Assembly: GCA_046292385.1 (NCBI GenBank)
Contig: JBKBRF010000023.1
Location: 45,031-109,030, forward strand
Origin: Armatimonadota bacterium
GTDB taxonomy: Bacteria; Armatimonadota; SYMT01
Length of the DNA: 64,000 nt
Reading direction: 5' to 3'
The position numbers and the translations under genes are program-made. This document shows positions 47,923 through 57,595 of this stretch, piece by piece. Under the pieces are notes generated by a model. It searched no databases, was not told the origin of the DNA, and saw nothing but the letters and a program-made list of their open reading frames with translations. Within the stretch, counting starts at the first letter, position 1, and each line of letters starts with the position of its first letter.

Positions 47923-49794
47923 GTGGAGGGCTCTTCCAAGAAGACCCACTGGCACCCCTGGCTAGCGCTGGGGCTGGTTCCGGCCCTGCTCTACCTGGGG
48001 CTGTTCTGCGCGTTCACCTACCCGCTGATCGAGCGCTTCTCGACCCACCTCTTCTGCGACACCGGAGACGGGCTGCAGAACGTCTGGAACATCTGGTGGG
48101 TCAACAAGGCGGTGACGGAGCTCGGGACCCACCCGTGGTTCACGCGGGAGGTGCAGTTCCCGCACGGCACCACGCTCATCGGGCAGACCCTGAACCCGTT
48201 CAACGGCTTCGTCTGCGTCGGGCTGCTCCCGTTCCTCTCCCTCACGCAGGCCCACAACGCGATGGTGGTCTTCTCCTTCATGATGGGAGGGCTCACCGCG
48301 TTCTGGCTGGCCCATCACGTCACGAAGTCGTATCCGGGCAGCCTGGTGGGTGGGGCGGTCTACACCTTCTCCAGCTACCACTTCGCGCACGCGCAGGGGC
48401 ACCTGCAGCTCGTGTCGCTGGAGTGGATCCCCCTTTTCCTGCTCTCCTGGCTGGTGCTGCTCCACCGGCCCAGCGTGCGCGCGGGGCTCTTCGCGGCGGG
48501 CGCGCTCTTCCTGGTGATCCTCTGCGACTACTACTACTTCTTCTGCAGCGTGGTCGCCGCGGTGCTGATCCTCGCCTACTACGGGCTGCGCGCGCGGAAG
48601 CTCTCCTGGAAGCAGATCCTCTGGAACGACCTGCTCCGGATCAATCCGTTCAGCCGCCAGGCGCTGGAGACGGAGACGTTCCGCAGCATCGTCCGCCGCT
48701 GGCCGGAGTTCCGGGCGCGCTACCTGGCGCCGCTGGCCGCCTTTGCCGTCGCCGCACTCTGCAGCTCCGGGGTGCTCGCCATCACCCTGCTGGCGACCGG
48801 CGCGCGGGATCCGTTCTTTCCGCCCGGCCACCCGCCGGACCTCTTCTCGCTCGACCTTCCGGCGGTGCTGATCCCGGGCGGACACTGGCGCTTCGCGGAG
48901 TGGACCCGGTGGTACTGGTCGCGGCTGCCGGGCGTCATCCATGAGAGCAGTGTCCACCTCGGCGTCTCCGTCCTGGCGCTCACGGCGATCGCCTGGGCGT
49001 GCCGGCGGCGGGCCGGGGCACGCGACCTGGGCCTGTGGCTCACGGTGCTGCTCGTCTTCTTCGTGCTCGCGCTCGGTCCTTACCTGCGGGTCGGCGGCTC
49101 CCCGCTCGGGTACGTGAAGCTGCCCTACGCGTGGATGACGGACCTCTTCCCTCCACTCACACTCGGCGGGATGCCGGTGCGCCTGATCGTGATGGTCACC
49201 CTGGCGGCGGGAGTGCTGGCGGCGGCTGGGATCGGTGTCCTGGCGCGGGCGGGGACCGCCGGCCGGCTTGCTGCCGCCGCCTTCGTGCTCCTCTGGGCGT
49301 TTGAGATCGCGCCGTCGGAGCGTCCCGCCTCTCGCCTGGAGACGCCGCGCTACGTCACGCTGCTCCAGGAGCAGCCCGGGCGCGAGGCCGTCTTCGATCT
49401 CGTCAGCGGCCTCTCGGAGGGCCTCTACTGGCAGACGGTGTACGACCGCCCCCAGGCGTTCGGCTATATCTCCCGCTGGCCGCGCTCGGTCAAGGTGAAG
49501 AACAACCAGATCCGGCGCCTGGAGCATCGAGCGCAGTGGGAGCTGCTCTATCCCCGGTTCGGCATCCGCTACCTGATCGCGCCGGCCGGCACCGCCGCGG
49601 ACCGAAGGCATTCCGGCATCCGGCGGATGTACGCGGATCACAACGCGGAGCTCTACGACCTCCTCGGCACGCGCGACGTGAAAGAGCCGGTCAAGCCGTG
49701 GGCGCCGCCCCCGCCAGCGCCGGCAATCCGGAACGGGCCCGCGGGTACCGCGCGCCACCCGCAGCCGGTGCTGCGCCCCGGCAGCGTCCGTTAG
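47923..49794 (+). CDS. Polytopic membrane protein, GT-C/YfhO-like
   Basis: GDGLQNVWN.WW, FS.YH..H..GH and M..R motifs; more than ten TM segments; GGAGG RBS. Confidence 0.7.
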   Translation: MEGSSKKTHWHPWLALGLVPALLYLGLFCAFTYPLIERFSTHLFCDTGDGLQNVWNIWWVNKAVTELGTHPWFTREVQFPHGTTLIGQTLNPFNGFVCVGLLPFLSLTQAHNAMVVFSFMMGGLTAFWLAHHVTKSYPGSLVGGAVYTFSSYHFAHAQGHLQLVSLEWIPLFLLSWLVLLHRPSVRAGLFAAGALFLVILCDYYYFFCSVVAAVLILAYYGLRARKLSWKQILWNDLLRINPFSRQALETETFRSIVRRWPEFRARYLAPLAAFAVAALCSSGVLAITLLATGARDPFFPPGHPPDLFSLDLPAVLIPGGHWRFAEWTRWYWSRLPGVIHESSVHLGVSVLALTAIAWACRRRAGARDLGLWLTVLLVFFVLALGPYLRVGGSPLGYVKLPYAWMTDLFPPLTLGGMPVRLIVMVTLAAGVLAAAGIGVLARAGTAGRLAAAAFVLLWAFEIAPSERPASRLETPRYVTLLQEQPGREAVFDLVSGLSEGLYWQTVYDRPQAFGYISRWPRSVKVKNNQIRRLEHRAQWELLYPRFGIRYLIAPAGTAADRRHSGIRRMYADHNAELYDLLGTRDVKEPVKPWAPPPPAPAIRNGPAGTARHPQPVLRPGSVR

Positions 49795-50082
49795 CCGCAG
49801 GACTGGCGGGCTGCCCCGGCAAGCCCCCTCGGTCCCCCGGCAGTCTCCTCGCTGCTGGCGTCCTCCGGGTTCGGTGCCGCCGAGACACAAAAAGTTGTGT
49901 AGTGCGCCAGAACGGCGGGCATCCTCGGTAGCAACCAGCGCAGAGCGCCGCGGGCTCCATCGGCCCCCCTCCGGGCAGCCGGCCTCCATGGAGACAGGAG
50001 TCTCCGGCTCCTCCCAGGTCTCCCATCGGAAACACCTGATCTCCTGCGGCACTCTGCGCCGAGCCGAACGGAGATCGGAATC

Positions 50083-52020
50083 ATGCAGCAATCAATCCCC
50101 ACTTTCGCGGGAGCGCCGACGAGATGGCGCAAGGGCTTCCTCGTGGCGGGCGTCGGACTGGTCGGCACGCTCCTGGCACATTCCGCGAGCAGCGTGCAGG
50201 CCGGTGCCGCCGCGCCGGAAGTCGTCGATCCAAACCTGGCGGTGCGGACGGTGGTGAGCGGCCTGGACCAGCCCACGAGCATGGCGTTCATCGGGGAGAA
50301 CGACTTCCTCGTCCTGGAGAAGGCGACCGGGCGGGTGCGGCGCGTCACCAATGGCGCGGTGCAGGGTACGGTGCTGGACCTCCCGGTGAACAGCGGGTCG
50401 GAGCGTGGGCTCCTGGGAATCGCGCTCCACCCGAGATTCCCGCAGGACCCCGGCGTCTACCTGTTCTGGACGGAGTCGACCACCGGCGCCGACACCGAAG
50501 TGCTCAGCGAGACGCCGCTCCTGGGGAACCGGGTCGACCGGTTTACCTGGAATGGGACGGCGCTCACGATGGACCGGAACATCATCCGCCTCCGCGCTCT
50601 GCAGCAGGACGCCAACCAGCCGGAGCGGGGCAACCATAACGGCGGGGTCCTGCGCTTCGGGCCCGACTGCAGGCTCTATATCATGGTGGGCGACGTCGGT
50701 CGCCGCGGGCAGATGCAGAACCTGCCGGACGGCCCGTTCGGCAGCGGACTCCCGGACGACCAGTTCGGAGGTCCCGAGCCGGACGATGCCCACCTGACGG
50801 GCGTGATCCTGCGCTTGAACGACGACGGCACGGCTCCCCGGGACAACCCGTTCTTCCGGGCCGGCGCGCTTCGCGGCGGCGAGGTCGGCGAGAATCTCCA
50901 GAAAGTCTTCGCCTACGGCGTCCGCAACAGCTTCGGCATGGCGTTCGAGCCGCGTACCGGCCGGCTCTGGGACGCGCAGAACGGCGACGACAGCTTCACG
51001 GAGATCAATCGGGTACCCTCCGGTGCTAACCTCGGGTGGATCCAGGTCATGGGACCGGTCAGCCGTGTCGCACAATTCCGGGCGATCGAGACCGACCCGA
51101 CGGCGCCGCAGCCGTTTACGCCTGCCGGCTACTTCGGGCTCCAGCAGGTCCGCTGGTCACCGGAGAACATTGCGACCAATCCTCAAGAGGCGCTCGCGCG
51201 GATGTTCCACGTCTTCGAGGACGGGACCCGGTTCCGCGCGACCCTTACCGGCAGGCAGGAAGTCCCACCCGTTGACACTTCCGGCGCGGCGGAGGCCGAC
51301 TTCCGGCTGCAGAGCGACGGAACGCTCCGCTTCCGCCTCCGTGCCACGCGCGCCATCGACGACGTGACCCAGGCGCACATTCACCTGGCTGGGCGGGGGC
51401 AGAACGGGGTGGTAGTGGCGTTCCTCTTCGGGTTCGATCCAGCGGGTGTCGACTTCGACGCCGGCGACGTTATCGCAGAAGGCGTGCTGGACGACGACGA
51501 CGTGATCGAGAGGCCCGGCTTCGACGGCACCGTCGCCACGCTGGTACAGCGGATGCGGGACCAGCGCACCTATACCAACGTGCACACCCTGGAGTTCCCG
51601 GCGGGAGAGGTCCGGGGGCAAAACCTGCCCACAAACGCGCGGCAGGTCTCCCGTTATGTGGACCCGAGGTTTAGCTGGAAGTTCGAGATCGCCCCGGCTG
51701 CCCTCGGCTTCCAGCGCGGCCGGCGGTTGGGCCGGCAGTACCAGGGCGACATGTTCGTAGGCGCCGCGCGGACGTTCCTGGAGGGCGGACAGATCTTCCG
51801 GTTCGATCTCAAGCGCAATCAACGCGACCTCCGCCTCCGCGGGCCGCTGCGGGACCGGGTGGCCGATAACGAGTCGAAGTACGACATCACGGAGAGCGAG
51901 CGGCTGCTCTTCGGCCGGAACTTCGGGATCGGGACCGACATCCAGACCGGCCCAAACGGCAACCTGTTCGTGGTATCGCTCAGCAACGGAGCGGTGTACG
52001 AGATCCACCGCGCCGACTGA
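50083..52020 (+). CDS. PQQ-dependent glucose/sorbosone dehydrogenase-like protein with inserted CHRD domain
   Basis: ERGLLGIALHP, NHNGG.L.FGPD, P.DNPF and AYGVRN; CHRD motifs L.G.QEVPPV, AHIH and Y.NVHT..FP.GEVRGQ. Confidence 0.9.
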   Translation: MQQSIPTFAGAPTRWRKGFLVAGVGLVGTLLAHSASSVQAGAAAPEVVDPNLAVRTVVSGLDQPTSMAFIGENDFLVLEKATGRVRRVTNGAVQGTVLDLPVNSGSERGLLGIALHPRFPQDPGVYLFWTESTTGADTEVLSETPLLGNRVDRFTWNGTALTMDRNIIRLRALQQDANQPERGNHNGGVLRFGPDCRLYIMVGDVGRRGQMQNLPDGPFGSGLPDDQFGGPEPDDAHLTGVILRLNDDGTAPRDNPFFRAGALRGGEVGENLQKVFAYGVRNSFGMAFEPRTGRLWDAQNGDDSFTEINRVPSGANLGWIQVMGPVSRVAQFRAIETDPTAPQPFTPAGYFGLQQVRWSPENIATNPQEALARMFHVFEDGTRFRATLTGRQEVPPVDTSGAAEADFRLQSDGTLRFRLRATRAIDDVTQAHIHLAGRGQNGVVVAFLFGFDPAGVDFDAGDVIAEGVLDDDDVIERPGFDGTVATLVQRMRDQRTYTNVHTLEFPAGEVRGQNLPTNARQVSRYVDPRFSWKFEIAPAALGFQRGRRLGRQYQGDMFVGAARTFLEGGQIFRFDLKRNQRDLRLRGPLRDRVADNESKYDITESERLLFGRNFGIGTDIQTGPNGNLFVVSLSNGAVYEIHRAD

Positions 52021-52102
52021 CGCTTCCGCCGCCGGAGCTGGGGACACCAGGGGGTCCGGGCCTGCACCGGCTCGGGCCCTCTTTCATTCTGCGCGGCGGA
52101 AT

Positions 52103-52330
52103 CTACGGCTGGTGCCGATCCGATGCGGCTTCCATCCGCTTCAGCTCCGCGCGGACGCTGGCGTGCGCGCGCTGGATCGCGGACGGCACTTCGCGGCCGT
52201 GACGCTCGCAGAGCATGACGTAAAGGAAGAGCTCGTTCGAGGCGCTGATCAGGTGCTGCCGCATCTCCTCGTCGATACTCTGCGAGGCGGTCGGCTCATT
52301 CAGCTCGAGTATTCGGGGAGTCTGGCTCAT
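52103..52330 (-). CDS. Small hypothetical protein
   Basis: MSQTPRILEL..., 75 aa with host-like codon usage. Confidence 0.55.
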   Translation of the reverse strand: MSQTPRILELNEPTASQSIDEEMRQHLISASNELFLYVMLCERHGREVPSAIQRAHASVRAELKRMEAASDRHQP

Positions 52331-52454
52331 CAATGTCAGAATACCCGCGCCGGAAAGCGCTGCCAAATGGCTCCGGCGAGTGTATCGCCCGGCGGAGCCG
52401 CACCCCAGGGCGATCGGAGGAGGCAGGCTCCTCGTGAAATGCGCATCACACGGG

Positions 52455-52490
52455 GGTTCCACCCCGCGCCCTCACCTTCCGGAGCAGCCC
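52455..52490. repeat. Terminal fragment of the 300-nt repeat (copy F)
   Basis: GGTTCCACCCCGCGCCCTCACCTTCCGGAGCAGCCC matches the starts of copies B and E. Confidence 0.6.
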
Positions 52491-52573
52491 CGCTGGAGTA
52501 GGTCGTGCCGGTCGCCGCCGCTCTCTCCGGCAGCACCATCTCCCGTGGAACGGAGGATTCTTGCGGGACCGAC

Positions 52574-52602
52574 TTTGGAGTGCGGAAGCTTGCTTCCGCT
52601 TT
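52574..52602. repeat. REP-like palindrome with GGAGTGCG foot (family R2)
   Basis: TTTGGAGTGCGGAAGCTTGCTTCCGCTTT; related copies at 63822-63850 and 63904-63935. Confidence 0.65.
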
Positions 52603-52814
52603 GTGGAGCCGAGCGGTTAGCGTAGGCCCTGGATGGAGAAAGCGAGCTTCGCGGGAACCGGCGGTCCGGAGGCGGAGGCGCCGCGGGCTCGGCGTAGCGC
52701 GCCGTTTGCTTGTCGGCCGGCTCTGGCTCTGACGGCTGGGGAGTAGGAGCGCCCGTCTTCCGACGGTCTCCCCTACTCCCACAAACCTACACGCTGCCCC
52801 CTGAACGCTACCCG

Positions 52815-53849
52815 CTACCCAGCGGAAGCGGTCTTCAGCTCACCAGCGGGGGGAATGCTCACCTGCACCTGCTCCCCCGGCTGCAGGCCGGCCGGGTTGG
52901 CGGGCTTTACCCAGAGCCAGTAGCGGAACAGGTCCTTGTCCCAGCCCGACTCGATCTTTTCCAGCTTGCCGGTCTCCTGGCGCTCGCCGCGAGTGAGCGC
53001 CAGCCGGGCACCCGGCTTCAGCTCCTCTCGCACGCGCTCGTCCACCAGCGTCAACACGCGGTAACCGGTCGGGTCGTCCACCCGCACCACCGCGCGCCCC
53101 GCCGCCACGCTGTGGCCCGCGTCCGCGTAGATCCCGGTCACGACACCGTTGAGCGGGCTGCGGCGGTCGGCCGCGGCAATCTGCTTTTCCAGCTCGCGCA
53201 CGTGGGACGCGGCGTCCCGGTGGCTGGCGGTCGCCTGCGCGATCACCGGCTCCCAGGCGCTCCGGCGCTCCTGGATCTGCGCGGCGAGCTGCTGCGCGTA
53301 GGCCGTCAGGCTCTCGATCTGCGCCGGGTCGACCGTATAGGTCGTCTCTACCACCGTGCCGTCCGGGTAGACCTCCCGCTGCGGCTGGGTGGCGGCCCGC
53401 AGGCTGCGGATCTGGGCTCGCGTGGCGGAAAGCTCCTGCTTCAGCGCGGCCACGTCGGCATCCCGGCGGGCACGCGCCTCTTTCAGCGAAGCGTAGGCGT
53501 CCGCGCTCGCCTGCTTGGCAGAGACCAGCGACTCCCGCAGCGGGGTGTCGTCCATCTTGAACAGCAGGTCGCCCTTCTTCACTCGCTGGCCCGGCTGCAC
53601 GGCCACACTCTGAATACTGCCCTGGAACGGAGCGCCGACTCCTTCGGTGCGGAGGCTCTCCACCTGGCCTACCGTCACGGCGCCCGTCGACTCGGCTTCC
53701 ACCCGCTCCGTTTTGAACGGGAGCGGCGCGAGCGCGAGCAGGCCCAGCAGCAACGCCCCCGCAGCCCCGGCCTGCACCGGGACTCGCCAGCGGCGACGAA
53801 CGTATCTCAAGAAGACGTGGGACGCCTTCTCCTTCTCGGGATGTTCCAT
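52815..53849 (-). CDS. HlyD/RND-type periplasmic adaptor (membrane fusion protein)
   Basis: TM helix; lipoyl half-motifs V.PGQ.VKKGD.L and SP.NGVV flanking a coiled coil. Confidence 0.85.
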   Translation of the reverse strand: MEHPEKEKASHVFLRYVRRRWRVPVQAGAAGALLLGLLALAPLPFKTERVEAESTGAVTVGQVESLRTEGVGAPFQGSIQSVAVQPGQRVKKGDLLFKMDDTPLRESLVSAKQASADAYASLKEARARRDADVAALKQELSATRAQIRSLRAATQPQREVYPDGTVVETTYTVDPAQIESLTAYAQQLAAQIQERRSAWEPVIAQATASHRDAASHVRELEKQIAAADRRSPLNGVVTGIYADAGHSVAAGRAVVRVDDPTGYRVLTLVDERVREELKPGARLALTRGERQETGKLEKIESGWDKDLFRYWLWVKPANPAGLQPGEQVQVSIPPAGELKTASAG

Positions 53850-53968
53850 GTTCCTCTCCCGCCGGATCGTGCCGGCCTTTGTTTAGCGCTCGCTCTCATG
53901 GAGCGGCGCCTTAATTCGGCCCTTTATACCCGGCGAGAGGGAAACTCTACCGCGCATCCGTCGGAGCC

Positions 53969-55051
53969 TTACGACTGGTGGTCACCCGATGCGGCGGCGG
54001 TGGTCTCGGTCTCCGCGGACGTGGGATCGATCCGCAGCTGCACCCGCTGGCCCGGGAGGAGCTCCGCGTCCTCACCCGGCTTCACCCAGACCCAGTACTG
54101 GAAGACGTGGCGGTCCCACCCGCGCTCGATCTTCTCGATCTCTCCGGTGGCGCGCTCTCCATCCGGCGCTACGATCCGGGCCGGGTCTTGCTCCGCCAGC
54201 GCCAGGCGCTGCTCTTCGTTCACCAGCGCGACCACCTTCAGCCCTTCCGGCTTGTCGACGCGCACGACCGGCACTTCGGCGTCGACCCAGTACCCCTCAC
54301 CGGCCTTGATCGACGTCACGATGCCGGAGATCGGGCTATATCGGTTTGCCTGCGGAACGGCGGCCCGGGCCTGGCGCACCTCCGCGGCGGCCTGGTCATA
54401 GCGGCGCTGGGCCGCGGCGACCGCACCGTTCCACTCCCCGGCGCTCGCGGAGCGGCGCGCGCGAGCGGTCATTAGCTCCCGGTAGCTCGCCTCGAGCCGG
54501 TCCTGGATCCTCCGAAGCTTCGCGGAGGTGGCCGGGGTGGCACCCCGGCTCTGCATCCGGGCGCGAGCGGCGCGGTCACGGGCCAGCTCCGACTCCAGGG
54601 CGGAGATCTCGGCCTCCAGCGGGGCCAGGGCCGCGGCGCGATCGCACCGGGCCCCGCACAGCGCCTGCCCCACCCAGGCCAGCTCCGCCTCCTGCTCCTG
54701 AACGCACTCCGTCAGCCGGGTCGTGTCCCTCCAAAAAAGAAGCTCTCCCTTCCGGACGGACTGCCCCTTCTCCACCCGCATCTCCGCCACGACACCGGGG
54801 TGTACCGCCCCGATGCCGCTCGCCTGGCTGCCGATGACGGCGCCCGGCACCACCACCGGCTGCGGCTCCGGCGCCGCGGCCAGCATCGCCGGGGCCACCC
54901 GCGGGGCGTCCCGGAAGATCGGCGCGATCGCCCGTCCCAGGAGGTAGGCCCCCAGGGCGAAGAGCACCACTATCAACGTCGCGTTCAGTGCAAGCAACCA
55001 GCCGGAATCGGCGCCGGCACGCCCAGTCGTCCTCCCATGTGTCTGTTCCAT
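53969..55051 (-). CDS. HlyD/RND-type periplasmic adaptor, paralog of the adjacent gene
   Basis: VEKGQSVRKGELL, SPISGIV and shared EKIE.GWD...F.YW.WVKP tail. Confidence 0.85.
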   Translation of the reverse strand: MEQTHGRTTGRAGADSGWLLALNATLIVVLFALGAYLLGRAIAPIFRDAPRVAPAMLAAAPEPQPVVVPGAVIGSQASGIGAVHPGVVAEMRVEKGQSVRKGELLFWRDTTRLTECVQEQEAELAWVGQALCGARCDRAAALAPLEAEISALESELARDRAARARMQSRGATPATSAKLRRIQDRLEASYRELMTARARRSASAGEWNGAVAAAQRRYDQAAAEVRQARAAVPQANRYSPISGIVTSIKAGEGYWVDAEVPVVRVDKPEGLKVVALVNEEQRLALAEQDPARIVAPDGERATGEIEKIERGWDRHVFQYWVWVKPGEDAELLPGQRVQLRIDPTSAETETTAAASGDHQS

Positions 55052-55223
55052 TTGTTTTCCAACTCCCGTTTGGTCTTACCCGGGAGCCGGGCCGGGCCAA
55101 CTCCCCTACCCGGGCAGGCGCCTGCGGTCAGGCGGCACGCCGCACGGATACAACAGAGGAGGGCGGCCTTCCGGGTGGCCGCTCGGCCCACGTACCGACC
55201 CGGCGAGCGAGGCGGGAGGCGGC

Positions 55224-56123
55224 ATGAAACTGGTGCACTATCACGTTCCCGGGCAGGGCGGCACGTGGGGCCTGGCAGAGGATGACAGCGTCTACCCGCT
55301 CGCCACCGATGCCGGCAGCGGCGGCGCCTTCCTGGCGAGCCTGCTCCAGTGGCCGGACCCGGTCCGCCTCCTCACCGAAACGTTCGACACCCTGCGCGGC
55401 GGCGCGGCCGTCTCCCTGGTGGAGCTCTCCGCCGCGGCGGCCCACCCGGGTGTCGCGCACCTGCTGCCGCCGATCGATCAGCAGGAAGTCTGGGCCGCGG
55501 GCGTGACCTACCTGCGCAGCAAGGTCGCGCGGATGGAGGAGTCCGAGGGGGCGGCGCGCTTCTACGACCTGGTGTACGACGCGGAGCGCCCGGAGCTCTT
55601 CCTGAAGGCAACTCCCTCCCGCGTCTCCGGCCAGAACGGGCCGGTGCGCATCCGCACCGATGCGCGCTGGAACGTGCCGGAGCCGGAGGTCGGGCTCCTC
55701 CTTACCCCCGCGATGAAATGCGTCGGCTACACGGTCGGCAACGACATGAGCTCCCGCGACATCGAAGGCGAGAACCCGCTCTACCTGCCGCAGGCAAAGG
55801 TCTATCGGGACTGCTGCGCGCTGGGGCCGGTGATCTGGCTGGAGCCCGAGGCGCCGGAGCACCGCGAGCTGGAGATCCACCTCGCCATCGAGCGCGGGAA
55901 CGAGCTCGTCTTCAGCGGCGAGACGAGCACCGCCCAGATGAAGCGGAAGTTCGCCGAACTGGCCGGCTGGCTGGGGAAGGACAACCACTTCCCGCAGGGG
56001 GCGGTGCTGCTGACGGGAACCGGCCTGGTTCCGTCCGACGAGTTCACGCTGCAGCCGGGCGACGTGGTCGCCATCTCGGTGCCGCAGATCGGTACGCTGA
56101 TGAACACGGTCGTCCAGGGGTAG
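55224..56123 (+). CDS. FAH-family protein, 2-keto-3-deoxypentonate dehydratase-like
   Basis: QEVWAAGVTY.RS, RPELF.K, PEPE, GNDMSSRDIEGENPLYLPQAK and LLTGTG motifs. Confidence 0.88.
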   Translation: MKLVHYHVPGQGGTWGLAEDDSVYPLATDAGSGGAFLASLLQWPDPVRLLTETFDTLRGGAAVSLVELSAAAAHPGVAHLLPPIDQQEVWAAGVTYLRSKVARMEESEGAARFYDLVYDAERPELFLKATPSRVSGQNGPVRIRTDARWNVPEPEVGLLLTPAMKCVGYTVGNDMSSRDIEGENPLYLPQAKVYRDCCALGPVIWLEPEAPEHRELEIHLAIERGNELVFSGETSTAQMKRKFAELAGWLGKDNHFPQGAVLLTGTGLVPSDEFTLQPGDVVAISVPQIGTLMNTVVQG

Positions 56124-56166
56124 CGCTGCGACTGGAGAGCGCGGCTGCAGCGGAGGGCGGAGCGGC

Positions 56167-57126
56167 ATGGCACGGGTGCAGAAGGCAGTGGTCACGGCCG
56201 CGGGCATGGGGACGCGGCACTTCCCCGCTACGCAGACGCTCCAGAAGGAGATGATGCCGCTCGTCGACCGGGACGGCACCACCAAGCCGACGATCCAGAT
56301 CATCCTGGAAGAGGCGCTGGAGTCCGGCATCGAGGAGTTCTGCGTCGTCCTCTCTCCCAGCACCGCGGATCAGTTCCGCCGCCACTTCCAGGGGCTCTCC
56401 GCCGGCGAGGAGAGCTTCTTCCGCGGCAAGAGCTGGGCCCTGGAGCAGTCGGAGCGGCTGCGGGACCTCGGCCGGCGGATCACCTATGTCGTCCAGGAGC
56501 AGCAGAACGGCTACGGCGACGCGGTCTACCGGGCGCGCGAGTTCGTGGGCGACCACCCCTTCCTGCTGCTGCTGGGCGACCACGTCTTCATCCCGGGCGG
56601 AAAGAAGCCGTGCTCCCGGCAGGCGATCGACGTCTACAATGCCTACCAGGCGCCGGTCACGGGGGTCCAGCGCACCCATGAAGACCTGCTCCACCTGTTC
56701 GGCACGCTGACCGGCACCCGCATCGCCTCCGATCCGAACGTCTACGAGGTAAGCCGGATCGAAGAGAAGCCGACCCTGGAGCTCGCGGAGGAGCACCTGC
56801 GCACGGAAGGGCTCGGCCGCGGCGAGTATCTCTGCTTCTTCGGGGTCAGCGTCTTCCCGCCGCTGCTGTTCGAGCTGCTGGAGTACCACATCCGGCACGA
56901 CATCCGGGAGCGCGGGGAGATCCAGCTCACCAACGCGCTGGAGATGCTGCGCGCGCAGGGCCGCTATCTCGCCGCGGAGATCGACGGCCAGCGCTGCGAC
57001 ATGGGCGTCCCGATGGGCTACATCGAAACCCAGCTCGCCCTGGCGCTCCACTCCGGAGCCCGGAAACGGGTCCTCGCCTCCCTGCCCAACCTGCTCGCGC
57101 TGAACGATCCGGACCCCGCGCACTAG
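56167..57126 (+). CDS. UTP-glucose-1-phosphate uridylyltransferase (GalU)-like nucleotidyltransferase
   Basis: AAG.GTR..PAT....KEM.P, G.GDAV, LLGD, EKP and GEIQLT motifs. Confidence 0.85.
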   Translation: MARVQKAVVTAAGMGTRHFPATQTLQKEMMPLVDRDGTTKPTIQIILEEALESGIEEFCVVLSPSTADQFRRHFQGLSAGEESFFRGKSWALEQSERLRDLGRRITYVVQEQQNGYGDAVYRAREFVGDHPFLLLLGDHVFIPGGKKPCSRQAIDVYNAYQAPVTGVQRTHEDLLHLFGTLTGTRIASDPNVYEVSRIEEKPTLELAEEHLRTEGLGRGEYLCFFGVSVFPPLLFELLEYHIRHDIRERGEIQLTNALEMLRAQGRYLAAEIDGQRCDMGVPMGYIETQLALALHSGARKRVLASLPNLLALNDPDPAH

Positions 57127-57188
57127 CTCCGGCTAGGCCACTCGGTTTGGATGTCGCTCGGCGAGGGACGGGTGCGCTCCGTCTTCGG

Positions 57189-57374
57189 CTACACTCGGAA
57201 GGCCCGCCTGGCCAGGCCGATCAGGAACAGGACCGCCATCACCACCAGCGCCAGCGCGATCAGGTTCGCCGCGAGCCCTACCAGGCCGAAAAGCAGCTTC
57301 AGCACGAAGCCGAGCACCCGCAGCGCGATGATGCCCACGATGATGATCCCGAGGATCTGCAGCACCTTCATCAC
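57189..57374 (-). CDS. Small hydrophobic membrane protein
   Basis: GGAGG RBS; 61 aa, two TM segments and a basic C-terminus. Confidence 0.7.
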   Translation of the reverse strand: MMKVLQILGIIIVGIIALRVLGFVLKLLFGLVGLAANLIALALVVMAVLFLIGLARRAFRV

Positions 57375-57595
57375 TTCCTCCCGCTGCGACCCTCCGGGAG
57401 AGGGCCACGCTTACAGGATACAACGGCGCCGACCGAGGATAGTTGCGGGAGCGGTCGCTTCTCCCCCCTGCGGGGCAGGAACCGGCGGCCCCTTCACGAA
57501 CATGCCACTACCCGTGTAACCGACGATTGTTTGTGGGTAGGGATGTTCGGCGCCCGTCCGGCGAGCGCCGTTCCCCGCATCTTGAGGTCTGCCCG

